Of a stretch of DNA of 64,000 bases, positions 40,607 to 49,305 are shown piece after piece. The notes under the pieces were generated by a model. That model worked only from the letters and a program-made list of their open reading frames with translations. It was not told the origin of the DNA and did not search any database. Both the position numbers and the translations under genes were made by a program. Origin of the DNA: Alphaproteobacteria bacterium (GTDB lineage Bacteria > Pseudomonadota > Alphaproteobacteria > RF32 > CAG-239); contig SUUJ01000008.1 of NCBI GenBank assembly GCA_015062585.1, forward strand, positions 2,837 through 66,836, read 5' to 3'. Within the stretch, counting starts at the first letter, position 1; each line of letters begins with the position of its first letter.

Positions 40607-40756
40607 ATGAAAAAACTGACTTTGTTACTTTTGGTTGTTATGTTGTCCGGCTGCACCAATGGTATAAGATGTATGTTTACTCATCCGGATAATATGTCGC
40701 CGGCCTTACTTGATCTTTGTAAAGCTCGTGCCAAAGGTACTAAGATAAATCTGTAA
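40607..40756 (+). CDS. small lipoprotein (49 aa), not in ORF track
   Basis: MKKLTLLLLVVMLSG-C lipobox; AGGA SD; terminator follows. Confidence 0.7.
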   Translation: MKKLTLLLLVVMLSGCTNGIRCMFTHPDNMSPALLDLCKARAKGTKINL

Positions 40757-40802
40757 CAGTTGTTAAAAATCCCTGAAGCTATAAAAAACTCAGGGATTTT
40801 TT

Positions 40803-41306
40803 TTAATATTTTTTGCGGTTTTTATAAATTTGAAACAATGTCCAAAATGTTAGTACGATACAGGCAATAGCCGACGGATATGCTTGAATATATACGCCGT
40901 GAATAAACCATAAAACCTGATTTAAGACCAAAGCCCAACGCATTTGTTGTTCGTTTTTGGTAATATAGATACAAATAGTATAAACTGCCGAAGCAATAAT
41001 AGCCAACCATCCGATAATTCCCAAATTATTTGCCCACCAACCGACAATGACGCTGATAAGCAAAAGGGCATAGGTAATGTTTTTGGTCAACTTGTTCTTA
41101 TAAGACAAAAAGTTTCTGACTAGGCAAACAATACTGATGACCAAGGCTGCATAAGCCGACAAAACAAGGTTGCAAAAAATACCGAACAAGGTGTCGCCGA
41201 CCTGCCAATACATAAAATCGTTTTTGCTTTGTTTAACTGCCGAAATAGCAATGCAAAGTGCCGAAAGTAAAGAAAAAATATTTCCGATAATCAAAGTTGT
41301 TGTCAT
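40803..41306 (-). CDS. YgjV-like inner membrane protein
   Basis: Multi-TM, with Q....L......L, VRN.L and LWFIH..YI patterns. Confidence 0.7.
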   Translation of the reverse strand: MTTTLIIGNIFSLLSALCIAISAVKQSKNDFMYWQVGDTLFGIFCNLVLSAYAALVISIVCLVRNFLSYKNKLTKNITYALLLISVIVGWWANNLGIIGWLAIIASAVYTICIYITKNEQQMRWALVLNQVLWFIHGVYIQAYPSAIACIVLTFWTLFQIYKNRKKY

Positions 41307-41309
41307 AAG

Positions 41310-41822
41310 TTATTTGTCCTGAGCAATTTTATCAAAAAAATAGGTTAGGGTATTTACAAATTTTCCTTGTTTATGCAGTTCCATAATCTCGGAGGGATAG
41401 AGCCATTTTGCTTGCGCCACTTCATCGGTTGTGGCCAAGCTTAAATCAATTTCACCGTCATATTCAAAAAGCCAAACATCCACAATATCGTTAAACCTAA
41501 AACCGTTAACAAATTTTCTGATTTCGGAAAATACAATTTTTCCCTTGTCGGCATCCATATCAACACCGATTTCTTCTTTAGTTTCGCGTAAAGCTCCTTG
41601 CAGACTTGTTTCACCTTTTAATACCGAACCGCCTGAACTTAGCTCCCACATCAAAGGATTTTGTTTTCGTGAAGCAGCTCGTTGAGAAATCAAAAATTGA
41701 CCTTTAGGATTTTTAATCCAAACATGAACAACCAAGTGGTATCCGTTATCAGGCAGTTCATTACCGCGAATATGTTCGCCGATAATGTTACGATTTTTGT
41801 CATACAAGTCCCATATTTCCAT
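41310..41822 (-). CDS. NUDIX hydrolase
   Basis: GGSVLKGETSLQGALRETKEEIG Nudix box; N-terminal EIWDLYD. Confidence 0.92.
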   Translation of the reverse strand: MEIWDLYDKNRNIIGEHIRGNELPDNGYHLVVHVWIKNPKGQFLISQRAASRKQNPLMWELSSGGSVLKGETSLQGALRETKEEIGVDMDADKGKIVFSEIRKFVNGFRFNDIVDVWLFEYDGEIDLSLATTDEVAQAKWLYPSEIMELHKQGKFVNTLTYFFDKIAQDK

Positions 41823-42036
41823 GTTTCAAAAGCCTTGTTAAAATTAATTATTATTTATATTACTGATAGAAGTAGCATGCAAGCAAATATTTTTTTGTCC
41901 AAATTTGTACTTGCAAGATTAAAAAAAATGTGCTATCTCTCTTTCACATAAAATAATATAATTGTGTAAAATTACTGTGCTGTCCGGTGGGAGTTCTTTT
42001 TACACAAAATGTTTAATAATTAACTAAAAATGCTAT

Positions 42037-42522
42037 ATGGAACAAGAATTACCTATGGATGTTGTGTATATCATGCGCAACGGAGAGATCAAAGTATCTG
42101 ACATCTTTATACCCGGAACTAAAATAAGGGGTATAATGCTTTCATCAACTATGGAGTTGGTCATAGATGAAAGCCTTGATAATTATGAGGGTGCAAAATC
42201 AAGAGCGGCTAAGTTGGGTGGAGAACTGTTAAGCCTAAAAGACTTTTGGCTTATCAGACATAAGCTGGAAAAAATTCAAGACACCAAACAAGTTTTGCGA
42301 AACTTGATGGGCGAAGGTTACCATTTTTACAAAGTACCAACCATCAAGGGAACAAAGGAGTTCTATTGGACTCAAGAAGAAAAGCCGGAAGATCTAGAGA
42401 TATTCGGTAAGGCATACAATCACAAGTGTGTATGTATAGAAACATTGGACGAACAATTCAAGCCAGATGTTTTTTTCATGGCGACCCTGATAAAAATTAT
42501 GCACCCGTTTCCTATGTACTAG
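42037..42522 (+). CDS. hypothetical protein (ORFan)
   Basis: 161-aa ORF; leader similar to that of 46143..46451. Confidence 0.65.
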   Translation: MEQELPMDVVYIMRNGEIKVSDIFIPGTKIRGIMLSSTMELVIDESLDNYEGAKSRAAKLGGELLSLKDFWLIRHKLEKIQDTKQVLRNLMGEGYHFYKVPTIKGTKEFYWTQEEKPEDLEIFGKAYNHKCVCIETLDEQFKPDVFFMATLIKIMHPFPMY

Positions 42523-42609
42523 AAAAATCAAAAGAACAGTGTAGGTAAATCCTGCACTGTTTTTTTGTACAAACACTTGACAAAACAAAGCACCTGCTAT
42601 ATAACAAAA

Positions 42610-42745
42610 TGCGTTAACCTATTATATATTCGCTATAGATTTGAATTTGTCTTTCTTTAAGCTTTTTGTTTTTAAAGGGGGATGTTTCGGGTTTATTTAG
42701 AGGGTTTGATTGGTTGGCTTCCTGTAAGATAGTCTTATGGGAAAA
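42610..42745 (+). promoter_or_regulatory. conserved structured 5' leader (copy 1)
   Basis: Aligns with 44380-44512; hairpins show compensatory changes. Confidence 0.55.
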
Positions 42746-42763
42746 TATCAAAATTCATGTTTT

Positions 42764-44281
42764 ATGTTCCAAATTTTCAAAAACTTCGTGAAATCCACAA
42801 AAAGTTTGTGGTTCCACTTTACCCACAAGGGTAGAAAAAATCGCACAGACTACATCCCAGTAGATGTGCAAATCGAAATTGCTTATTTCGAAAAAAAGCT
42901 GAGACACAACCCCAAAAGAGCTTTCATCATGACTGATCATGCCTGGTCCAAGGCATTTCGTTTGTGGATGTTCCAAAACGGTATGTTTGAGCTATTTGGC
43001 CAAATTTCCTCTGATGAAGAGATAAAAGAATTGTTGGCGCAAAAGGCTGACTTATCCATCGCGAAAAAGGTGTTGTCGGACAACACACCCAGCCGTAAGC
43101 TATTAGAGGAGTTAGACTATTCTGACCCCTATATCAAAGAGCTTGTGAAAGCCGTTCCATTGGCATTCCAAAATGCGCCTACGTATAAGGTTATCGAGCA
43201 AAAAGATGTCTTAGAGGTCTTAGTTGACACTTTCTTAGATAAAAAATGGTTCGACTATTTGAATTCTTACATGCTAAAAATCGTCAACAGCAAAAAACAG
43301 GATTATGAAGACATAATTCTTAAAATCGCTGACAGGTCGATTAACGGAAAAGAGATTGCTAAGGTTATTCCAACCCTTAGGATTGATTATCCAAATGTAT
43401 ATGTTTGGGTTCGCGAGAACATCGAACGTCTTACATCACCCACGGATGTTATGCTAGCAGCCTTCGTCCCTAAAGATCTTCCTTCTGATATCAATATTGA
43501 TATTGACAATATCAGCGACATCAAAACGAAAGGAACTATGGACAAGCATAGTGATGCGTTGGCTTGGCTTAGGTTACTCATCGAAAACATAAAATCCAAA
43601 GAGGTGTTTAATACTTTGGTGTCATCGCTCGATGACATCAAAAGGATGAATGAAACCTTATTTGAGCAACTATGCGAGAAGCTTGCTGGGTATCACTATG
43701 CAGGTAAAGATTTTCTTGCAAAGGCAACCCCAAAGGCTAAGATGATAGTCTTACGTAAAAAAGCAGACACTACAGATTTGTGGTCATATTATCCGTTTAC
43801 GAGCTGGCCTGAAGATATACAAAAGGAGGCTTTGGATATTTTGGTAAAACGCAGTGGTATATCCTATTATAATGCTGCTCAATTGCCGGAAAATCTGCGA
43901 TACTATGTTTTCGAGCGAGCGGAAGTTTACGCTCAAATTTCCACTATTTTCAATGGCAATCATGATGACCTCAATAGCCTGTATTCAAAGAAGCTTTCAA
44001 AAGAGGTTGAAGAAGTCATAGTTAAGGCTACTGCTGCTAACTTTCGTGGAGATATGGGAATGAGTTTCGACATGAAGCTGGGCTACGCTCAAAAGGCTAG
44101 GAAATATATAGAGGAACATCATATTGATCCTTCAGTTTTTCGAAAGTATCTGCTCAAGCTCAGTGAAGATCAGGTTCGAGATCTTATTGTGAAGAGGAAG
44201 AGCTTTTCTCGAGCTGAATACAGCGAGCTTATGGCATCGAGATTTAAATTTTTAGCACATTTGGTTAAGGTTGAAGACTAA
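42764..44281 (+). CDS. large hypothetical helical protein (ORFan, paralogue of next)
   Basis: Long ORF; ATG 42737 lies inside the leader hairpin, so 42764 is preferred. Confidence 0.75.
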   Translation: MFQIFKNFVKSTKSLWFHFTHKGRKNRTDYIPVDVQIEIAYFEKKLRHNPKRAFIMTDHAWSKAFRLWMFQNGMFELFGQISSDEEIKELLAQKADLSIAKKVLSDNTPSRKLLEELDYSDPYIKELVKAVPLAFQNAPTYKVIEQKDVLEVLVDTFLDKKWFDYLNSYMLKIVNSKKQDYEDIILKIADRSINGKEIAKVIPTLRIDYPNVYVWVRENIERLTSPTDVMLAAFVPKDLPSDINIDIDNISDIKTKGTMDKHSDALAWLRLLIENIKSKEVFNTLVSSLDDIKRMNETLFEQLCEKLAGYHYAGKDFLAKATPKAKMIVLRKKADTTDLWSYYPFTSWPEDIQKEALDILVKRSGISYYNAAQLPENLRYYVFERAEVYAQISTIFNGNHDDLNSLYSKKLSKEVEEVIVKATAANFRGDMGMSFDMKLGYAQKARKYIEEHHIDPSVFRKYLLKLSEDQVRDLIVKRKSFSRAEYSELMASRFKFLAHLVKVED

Positions 44282-44291
44282 AACTTAAAGC

Positions 44292-44342
44292 AAGACAACA
44301 AAAAAAGGGTGTGAGTTCATCTCGCACCCTTTTTTTTGTCTA
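44292..44342. terminator. 51-bp terminator identical to 45977-46027
   Basis: aagacaacaaaaaaagggtgtgag-ttcat-ctcgcacccttttttttgtcta. Confidence 0.85.
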
Positions 44343-44379
44343 GTTATTGACAAGCATGTAAAAAAATGATATATTTGAT

Positions 44380-44512
44380 ACGTTAATCAAATTATGTATT
44401 TTCTATGGATTTGTAGTTGTCTTTCTTTAAGCTTTTGCGTTTAAGGCGGGATGTCCTATTTTCTATAGCGGGTCGTTTGGTTAGCTTCCTATGGGGTATT
44501 CCTGTGGGAAAA
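44380..44512 (+). promoter_or_regulatory. conserved structured 5' leader (copy 2)
   Basis: Aligns with 42610-42745; TTGACA promoter at ~44347. Confidence 0.55.
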
Positions 44513-44533
44513 CTTAAAAAAATATCAAACAAA

Positions 44534-45967
44534 ATGAAAAAAGAAACAAAATTGGCATTCATTGGCCTATTGGCCAAATGGATGTGGGCGTGCAAATGTC
44601 AAAAGTTCGCCAAGAGATTAACCCAAGAGTTTGCGAAAGGTTTAATCTACCAAACGAAGGAAGTGAATGAACGTATTTTGGCTCCCGGCCGTATAACCTG
44701 GCCAAAAGAGGTACGTCTTGCGGTCATAAACGCAGGCATCTCCGTATTGCGTCCTGAGACATCGGAGGAAGTACTCGCAACTATTCAAAAAGGAGTAGTT
44801 AAGGCCGAAGACTTGTATCCTATTCTTAAACAGTGGACGTTCAGTGAAGAGGAAGTGAAACGAATTGAGGTTAATGACAATAATTATAACTATATTTTGT
44901 CATTAGTTAAAGTTTCACCATACACTTTCCAGAACGCATGGGAAAAGATAATCTTTTCTCCAAATTGGAAAGTACTAGTCGATAAAGGCATTGAAAGAAG
45001 CGATGAATATATCTTGACCAGGTGTATTTCACTTGCAAAAGACAAGCCCCATTCGAAGGATTGTAAAGAGGTAGTTAACGCCGCGGTCGGTGCCCTTTTG
45101 GAAATGGGGCGTGAGACGGCTAGGTATCTATTAACCGAAAACATCCCTCAAGAGCTTAGCGACAAAGCGCTAAGATTGTTTAACTCTTTGCCGGATAAGA
45201 CTTCGTGGTTACAACTGATGGTTAATAGAACCATACCAGGTTCTGATCAAACACATGAAAGTTGGGTTAAACTTGCATGCGATTACGTAGATTACGACAA
45301 GCATATCTATGTAGCTCTCGTTAATTTATTAAAAAGAATGAGAGAGACTGAAGTCGGAGATGCTGATAATTTGTGTGATTGCCTAGTAAACAGCGAATGG
45401 TTAGATGAAAAGGTGGTCCTCTACTTGAAAGAGGAGAAATACCTTGTTAAAGCCTTTTGCTTAAAACCTGATCTTGCAAAGAATTTGTTCCCCTTTAATG
45501 GATGGGGTACAGAGTCGACTAAACAGGCTCTGGAGTGTATGGCTCTAAGCGGAGATCTGGAAATGGAACATTTGCTGTATTTCAGCGATGACATCAAGGA
45601 CTTTGCCATAAAATGCATGGAAGTCGAAGCATTCAAAGCTGTTTGCTTAAAAGCGGTTTGTCTAAATGAGAACCTTGAGGATCTTAAGAGCCTGGTTAAG
45701 CATTCTCTTGATCCTAATGTGGAGTATGTACTCATGAGTGCAATGTCCTCAGATTGCACTAAGGTTAGAAAAATTGTTAACCAGTACGTTAAAGAGCATT
45801 TGACGTCGATTGAGACATGGGCATTCATTGAGTACCTGGAACATGCGACTATTAAGGAAATCGAGGCCGCAATTGAAGGAGCTTCAACCGTTTCTAAAGA
45901 GGTGTATGACACATTGGCTATGACAAAATGTCGTTATCTCTTAAAAGATCTGAAGATTGCTGAATAA
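44534..45967 (+). CDS. large hypothetical helical protein (ORFan, paralogue of previous)
   Basis: Start MKKETK at 44534. Shares LVK..P..FQNA, (Y/F)PF..W and L...VE motifs and the C-terminal pattern with the previous ORF. Confidence 0.75.
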   Translation: MKKETKLAFIGLLAKWMWACKCQKFAKRLTQEFAKGLIYQTKEVNERILAPGRITWPKEVRLAVINAGISVLRPETSEEVLATIQKGVVKAEDLYPILKQWTFSEEEVKRIEVNDNNYNYILSLVKVSPYTFQNAWEKIIFSPNWKVLVDKGIERSDEYILTRCISLAKDKPHSKDCKEVVNAAVGALLEMGRETARYLLTENIPQELSDKALRLFNSLPDKTSWLQLMVNRTIPGSDQTHESWVKLACDYVDYDKHIYVALVNLLKRMRETEVGDADNLCDCLVNSEWLDEKVVLYLKEEKYLVKAFCLKPDLAKNLFPFNGWGTESTKQALECMALSGDLEMEHLLYFSDDIKDFAIKCMEVEAFKAVCLKAVCLNENLEDLKSLVKHSLDPNVEYVLMSAMSSDCTKVRKIVNQYVKEHLTSIETWAFIEYLEHATIKEIEAAIEGASTVSKEVYDTLAMTKCRYLLKDLKIAE

Positions 45968-45976
45968 AGCTGATGT

Positions 45977-46027
45977 AAGACAACAAAAAAAGGGTGTGAG
46001 TTCATCTCGCACCCTTTTTTTTGTCTA
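45977..46027. terminator. 51-bp terminator identical to 44292-44342
   Basis: Exact repeat by eye. Confidence 0.85.
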
Positions 46028-46142
46028 AAACACTTGCATGATACATAAAAATATGATAAACTCCATTACATAAAATATATAATTGTGTTCAAATTATGGT
46101 GTTATAGCTATTTTTTAGGACACAATAAAAACATAAAAAAAA

Positions 46143-46451
46143 ATGAAACAGATTAATTTTAGTCCATTGCACGTTTGGTGCAATTGGTATGAGGCCAATA
46201 AACTGGCTGAAGAAAAAGGTATGAAGCTTCCATCCATAGAGGATGTCGAGATCATTAAAGAAGTTGCAGCTTCAATGAAGGCTAATGGTGAACCACTTAT
46301 GCCCCGGGGAGAACCGGATGGTATGTGGTGCAGAGAAGCCAAAGATGAGGAGTTTGCTACAACAATTGATCCTCGTACCGGAGAAATTCGGTATATTAGA
46401 AAGATAGGCGTTCGGCTATGTATGCTAATAGAAGAAGTCTCTACCGAGTAG
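46143..46451 (+). CDS. hypothetical protein
   Basis: NWYEA...G.KLPSIED motif reminiscent of C-type-lectin-like (FGE/DUF1566) folds. Confidence 0.6.
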   Translation: MKQINFSPLHVWCNWYEANKLAEEKGMKLPSIEDVEIIKEVAASMKANGEPLMPRGEPDGMWCREAKDEEFATTIDPRTGEIRYIRKIGVRLCMLIEEVSTE

Positions 46452-46546
46452 AGACTTTTTTTTTGATCTGACAAAAGATAATAAAATTTTAATTTGTTGA
46501 TAGTTAGTATATATCTTCAATAACCGATACAAAAAAAGAGGTAAAA

Positions 46547-47377
46547 ATGATAGATATATTACTAAAATTTACGCAAAAAGCCGGACGCAAGCTAAAATCA
46601 ATGCGTAAAAATGTCAAAACTATGGGCAACAAAGATTCTTCGGTCAGCTCACTGGTTACACAGGCTGATGTTTATATATCTGATATTTTTGCCAAGACTG
46701 TAAAAAAACATTTCTCTCATCTTAGCTACATGATTATCGACGAAGAAAAAATCACAAATTATGGCAAAGATATTTTCAACAAAATAAAGTCTACCGAGTA
46801 TCAATTTGTCATAGACCCTATCGACGGCACTATTCAATATGCCAATAACCATCCGCTTTACGGTATAACCATCGGTGTATACAAAAATGCCAAACCGCTA
46901 ATGGGACTGATTTATTTGCCCGAAATCGAAGAAATGATATATTTTGACGGCAAAAAGGCTTATTATGTGCAAAATTGCTTCAAAAAAAATGAGATAAAAA
47001 CCGAACTTTTACCGCAAGCAAAAGCGGATACTTCAATTATTTTCGGACATCCGTGGCTTTGGGATCTAACTTCTGAATTTTCGACTGACAAGGCATTGTT
47101 TTTAGACTATTTTGCTTCGGTTTCCCAATGTTTTTATACTCTGCTGGGCAAAGCAAAAGGCTATTGTATGTGGCTGTATTTATGGGATATTGCCGGCACT
47201 TTACCGATTGCCGAATATTTGGGAATTAAATTGTATAAATATGGAAGCAACAAAGCTTGTAATGGCATTTCGCCCGACTTTTTCGATAGCGACATGGGAT
47301 TAAAAGACCTATGCGTAATGTGTCATTCCAAAGATTACAAAGAAATATGCTCTATGGTCTGTCCCAAAAAGCAATAA
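46547..47377 (+). CDS. inositol monophosphatase family protein
   Basis: LVTQAD, IIDEE, VIDPIDGT and LWDIAG motifs. Confidence 0.9.
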   Translation: MIDILLKFTQKAGRKLKSMRKNVKTMGNKDSSVSSLVTQADVYISDIFAKTVKKHFSHLSYMIIDEEKITNYGKDIFNKIKSTEYQFVIDPIDGTIQYANNHPLYGITIGVYKNAKPLMGLIYLPEIEEMIYFDGKKAYYVQNCFKKNEIKTELLPQAKADTSIIFGHPWLWDLTSEFSTDKALFLDYFASVSQCFYTLLGKAKGYCMWLYLWDIAGTLPIAEYLGIKLYKYGSNKACNGISPDFFDSDMGLKDLCVMCHSKDYKEICSMVCPKKQ

Positions 47378-47446
47378 TCATCATTTTGGTTCATTAAAAT
47401 AAGAAAAGCACCCGTTAAGGTGCTTTAATTAAAAAAAAACGATTTA

Positions 47447-47722
47447 CTACTGCTTCTCGTTTATGAGCTCTTCGAGGCGTGTAGTAAGATTGTTGAGGTC
47501 CTCTTCTTGCTCCTTTGTAGCTTTTTCCCAAAGAGGAGTTGTAGACAAAGCCTTCATCTTACCCAAAAGATTTTCAGCCTTCTCTTTGTTGAAGCGGTTT
47601 GCCAGTTGTACGCAGTTTCCTGCAAAAGTCCAAAGACGGAAACTAATTTCACCGGTTTGTTCAAAATAACGGTTTTGCAACTCTACGGCTGCGACAAGAG
47701 TCTTTAATTCAAGCTGTGTCAT
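47447..47722 (-). CDS. hypothetical protein (ORFan)
   Basis: Promoter TTGACT-N17-TATAAT at 47815-47843; start MTQLEL at 47722; terminator at ~47405-47426. Confidence 0.6.
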   Translation of the reverse strand: MTQLELKTLVAAVELQNRYFEQTGEISFRLWTFAGNCVQLANRFNKEKAENLLGKMKALSTTPLWEKATKEQEEDLNNLTTRLEELINEKQ

Positions 47723-47864
47723 AATATTTTTATTAAAAGGTGAATCTATAACTACGCACTGGCCAAAGGCTCTAAAAGACATAATTATAGACATACTGTG
47801 ATTTATCGAATATGATTATACCACATTTCAGAAGTTGAGTCAATTAAGAAAATCAGCGCTTTAT

Positions 47865-48311
47865 CTAAGCATTTTTTCGCAAAATATAATGCGGCATATA
47901 GATCCCCGAGGCATCATATTTTTCTTCACTTATTTTTTCAAAACCAAACTTTGTATATATATGCAATGCAACATCATTGTCGGTTCTGACACCTATACTC
48001 ATAGGTCCGCTATATGTATCTATAATATATTTAATCAATTTTTGCCCGATACCCTGATTATGATATTGCGGCAAAACATAAAGCTGTTTAATTATTTTTT
48101 CTTTTGTGCAATAGCTGATATATCCGACACTTTTATCGCCTTGCTTATAGATATATGTATCAAGGCTCGGATAATTATATGTTATTACCCGTTCATACAG
48201 TTTTTTCCAATCATCATCAGGTAAATCAATGCTTGAGCGCAAAGATTTATCAAATATTACTAACAAATCCGGCCAATCAGAAACAACTGATTTAATTATT
48301 TTTGTTTTCAT
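47865..48311 (-). CDS. GNAT family acetyltransferase
   Basis: QLYVLPQYHNQGIG and N..AL..Y.KFGF; GGAG SD before MKTKII. Confidence 0.85.
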   Translation of the reverse strand: MKTKIIKSVVSDWPDLLVIFDKSLRSSIDLPDDDWKKLYERVITYNYPSLDTYIYKQGDKSVGYISYCTKEKIIKQLYVLPQYHNQGIGQKLIKYIIDTYSGPMSIGVRTDNDVALHIYTKFGFEKISEEKYDASGIYMPHYILRKNA

Positions 48312-48371
48312 TTTTTTTGCTCCGTATTTCAGCAAAAGGGTCGCAATATTCGTTATTTATATAATCTTCTA

Positions 48372-49034
48372 TCATATCGTCAGTTTAACTTCTTTCATGG
48401 TTGAACAAACAGCGATAACGCCTGTATCATAACATTTCTTACGATATTCAGGTGTATCATTACCTTCTGCGCCCACAAATGCAATACTTTTCATTCCGGC
48501 ATCATTGGCGGCCTTAAAATCATTCAAACTGTCACCGATTACAATGCAATCCTGCGGCCTATAACCTTTTGTTTTTGCTGCTAACAAAAATAAATCCGGC
48601 GCCGGTTTTCCATGATTTACCATATCAACAGTAAAATAATCTTCAGGCGACATATATTTTTCAATCCACTTAAACTGTGTCATTTTCCAAGAATGTTGCT
48701 CTTTTGTAGCTCCGGTAGCGATACAATGCTCAAAACGATTATCGCTCATAACATCTTCCACCCCCTCTATCGGTTGCATAAAATGCATTCCTTTATATAC
48801 TTCACCTTCATCAATTTTTTGCATAAAATCTTCATCCAAAATCAAATCAGGAAAATATCTTTCCAAATTTGCTTTTCTGCTTTTGTCAGCAATACCAACC
48901 AACAGATTAAGTTTTTCGTCTTCGGAAAGGGTGATGTTTTTTTCTTTTTTTAATGTTTCGAGCCAAACAGAAACCCACAGCTTTTCGCTGTCAGCAATAA
49001 CTCCGTCAAAATCCCAAATGATTAGCTTGTTCAT
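48372..49034 (-). CDS. HAD family phosphatase (CbbY/beta-PGM-like)
   Basis: WDFDGVIADSE, GKPAPDLF and VIGDS..D motifs; GGAG SD before MNKLII. Confidence 0.9.
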   Translation of the reverse strand: MNKLIIWDFDGVIADSEKLWVSVWLETLKKEKNITLSEDEKLNLLVGIADKSRKANLERYFPDLILDEDFMQKIDEGEVYKGMHFMQPIEGVEDVMSDNRFEHCIATGATKEQHSWKMTQFKWIEKYMSPEDYFTVDMVNHGKPAPDLFLLAAKTKGYRPQDCIVIGDSLNDFKAANDAGMKSIAFVGAEGNDTPEYRKKCYDTGVIAVCSTMKEVKLTI

Positions 49035-49099
49035 ATTTTTCTCCATAATGAATTGCCGAAAGTTTATCATAAGCAATAAAAAAATCAATAAGATGAAGT

Positions 49100-49245
49100 A
49101 AAAGTCTGATAATTGATAAAAAATTACTATTTTCGGAAACATGACAATCGGACTTTGCGTGAAGTAGTAATCGCAACAAAAAAAGCACCTTTCGAGGTGC
49201 TTTTTATAAAATGGTGCACGCCACGATGCAATTATCGGAGTAATC
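49100..49245. repeat. cassette-junction module A (inverted repeat, hairpin, terminator, tRNA-3'-like site)
   Basis: TCTGAT(49105)-N36-ATCGGA, hairpin ttgcg..cgcaa, terminator aagcacct-ttcg-aggtgctt, and TGGTGC(49212)-N16-ATCGGA. Confidence 0.7.
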
Positions 49246-49305
49246 TTAACAATAAAAAACGCCCCGATTTTTGATTGAGGCGTTTGCTATAAAGTATTAA
49301 TATAA

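Noticed and set aside
44417-44533. N-terminal extension of the 516-aa ORF
   Set aside because: It corresponds to the conserved leader shared with 42610-42745, where no equivalent coding extension exists; ATG 44534 is preferred.
42037-46451. Diversity-generating retroelement targets (CLec-like proteins)
   Set aside because: No reverse transcriptase, and no TR/VR pair differing at adenines was seen.
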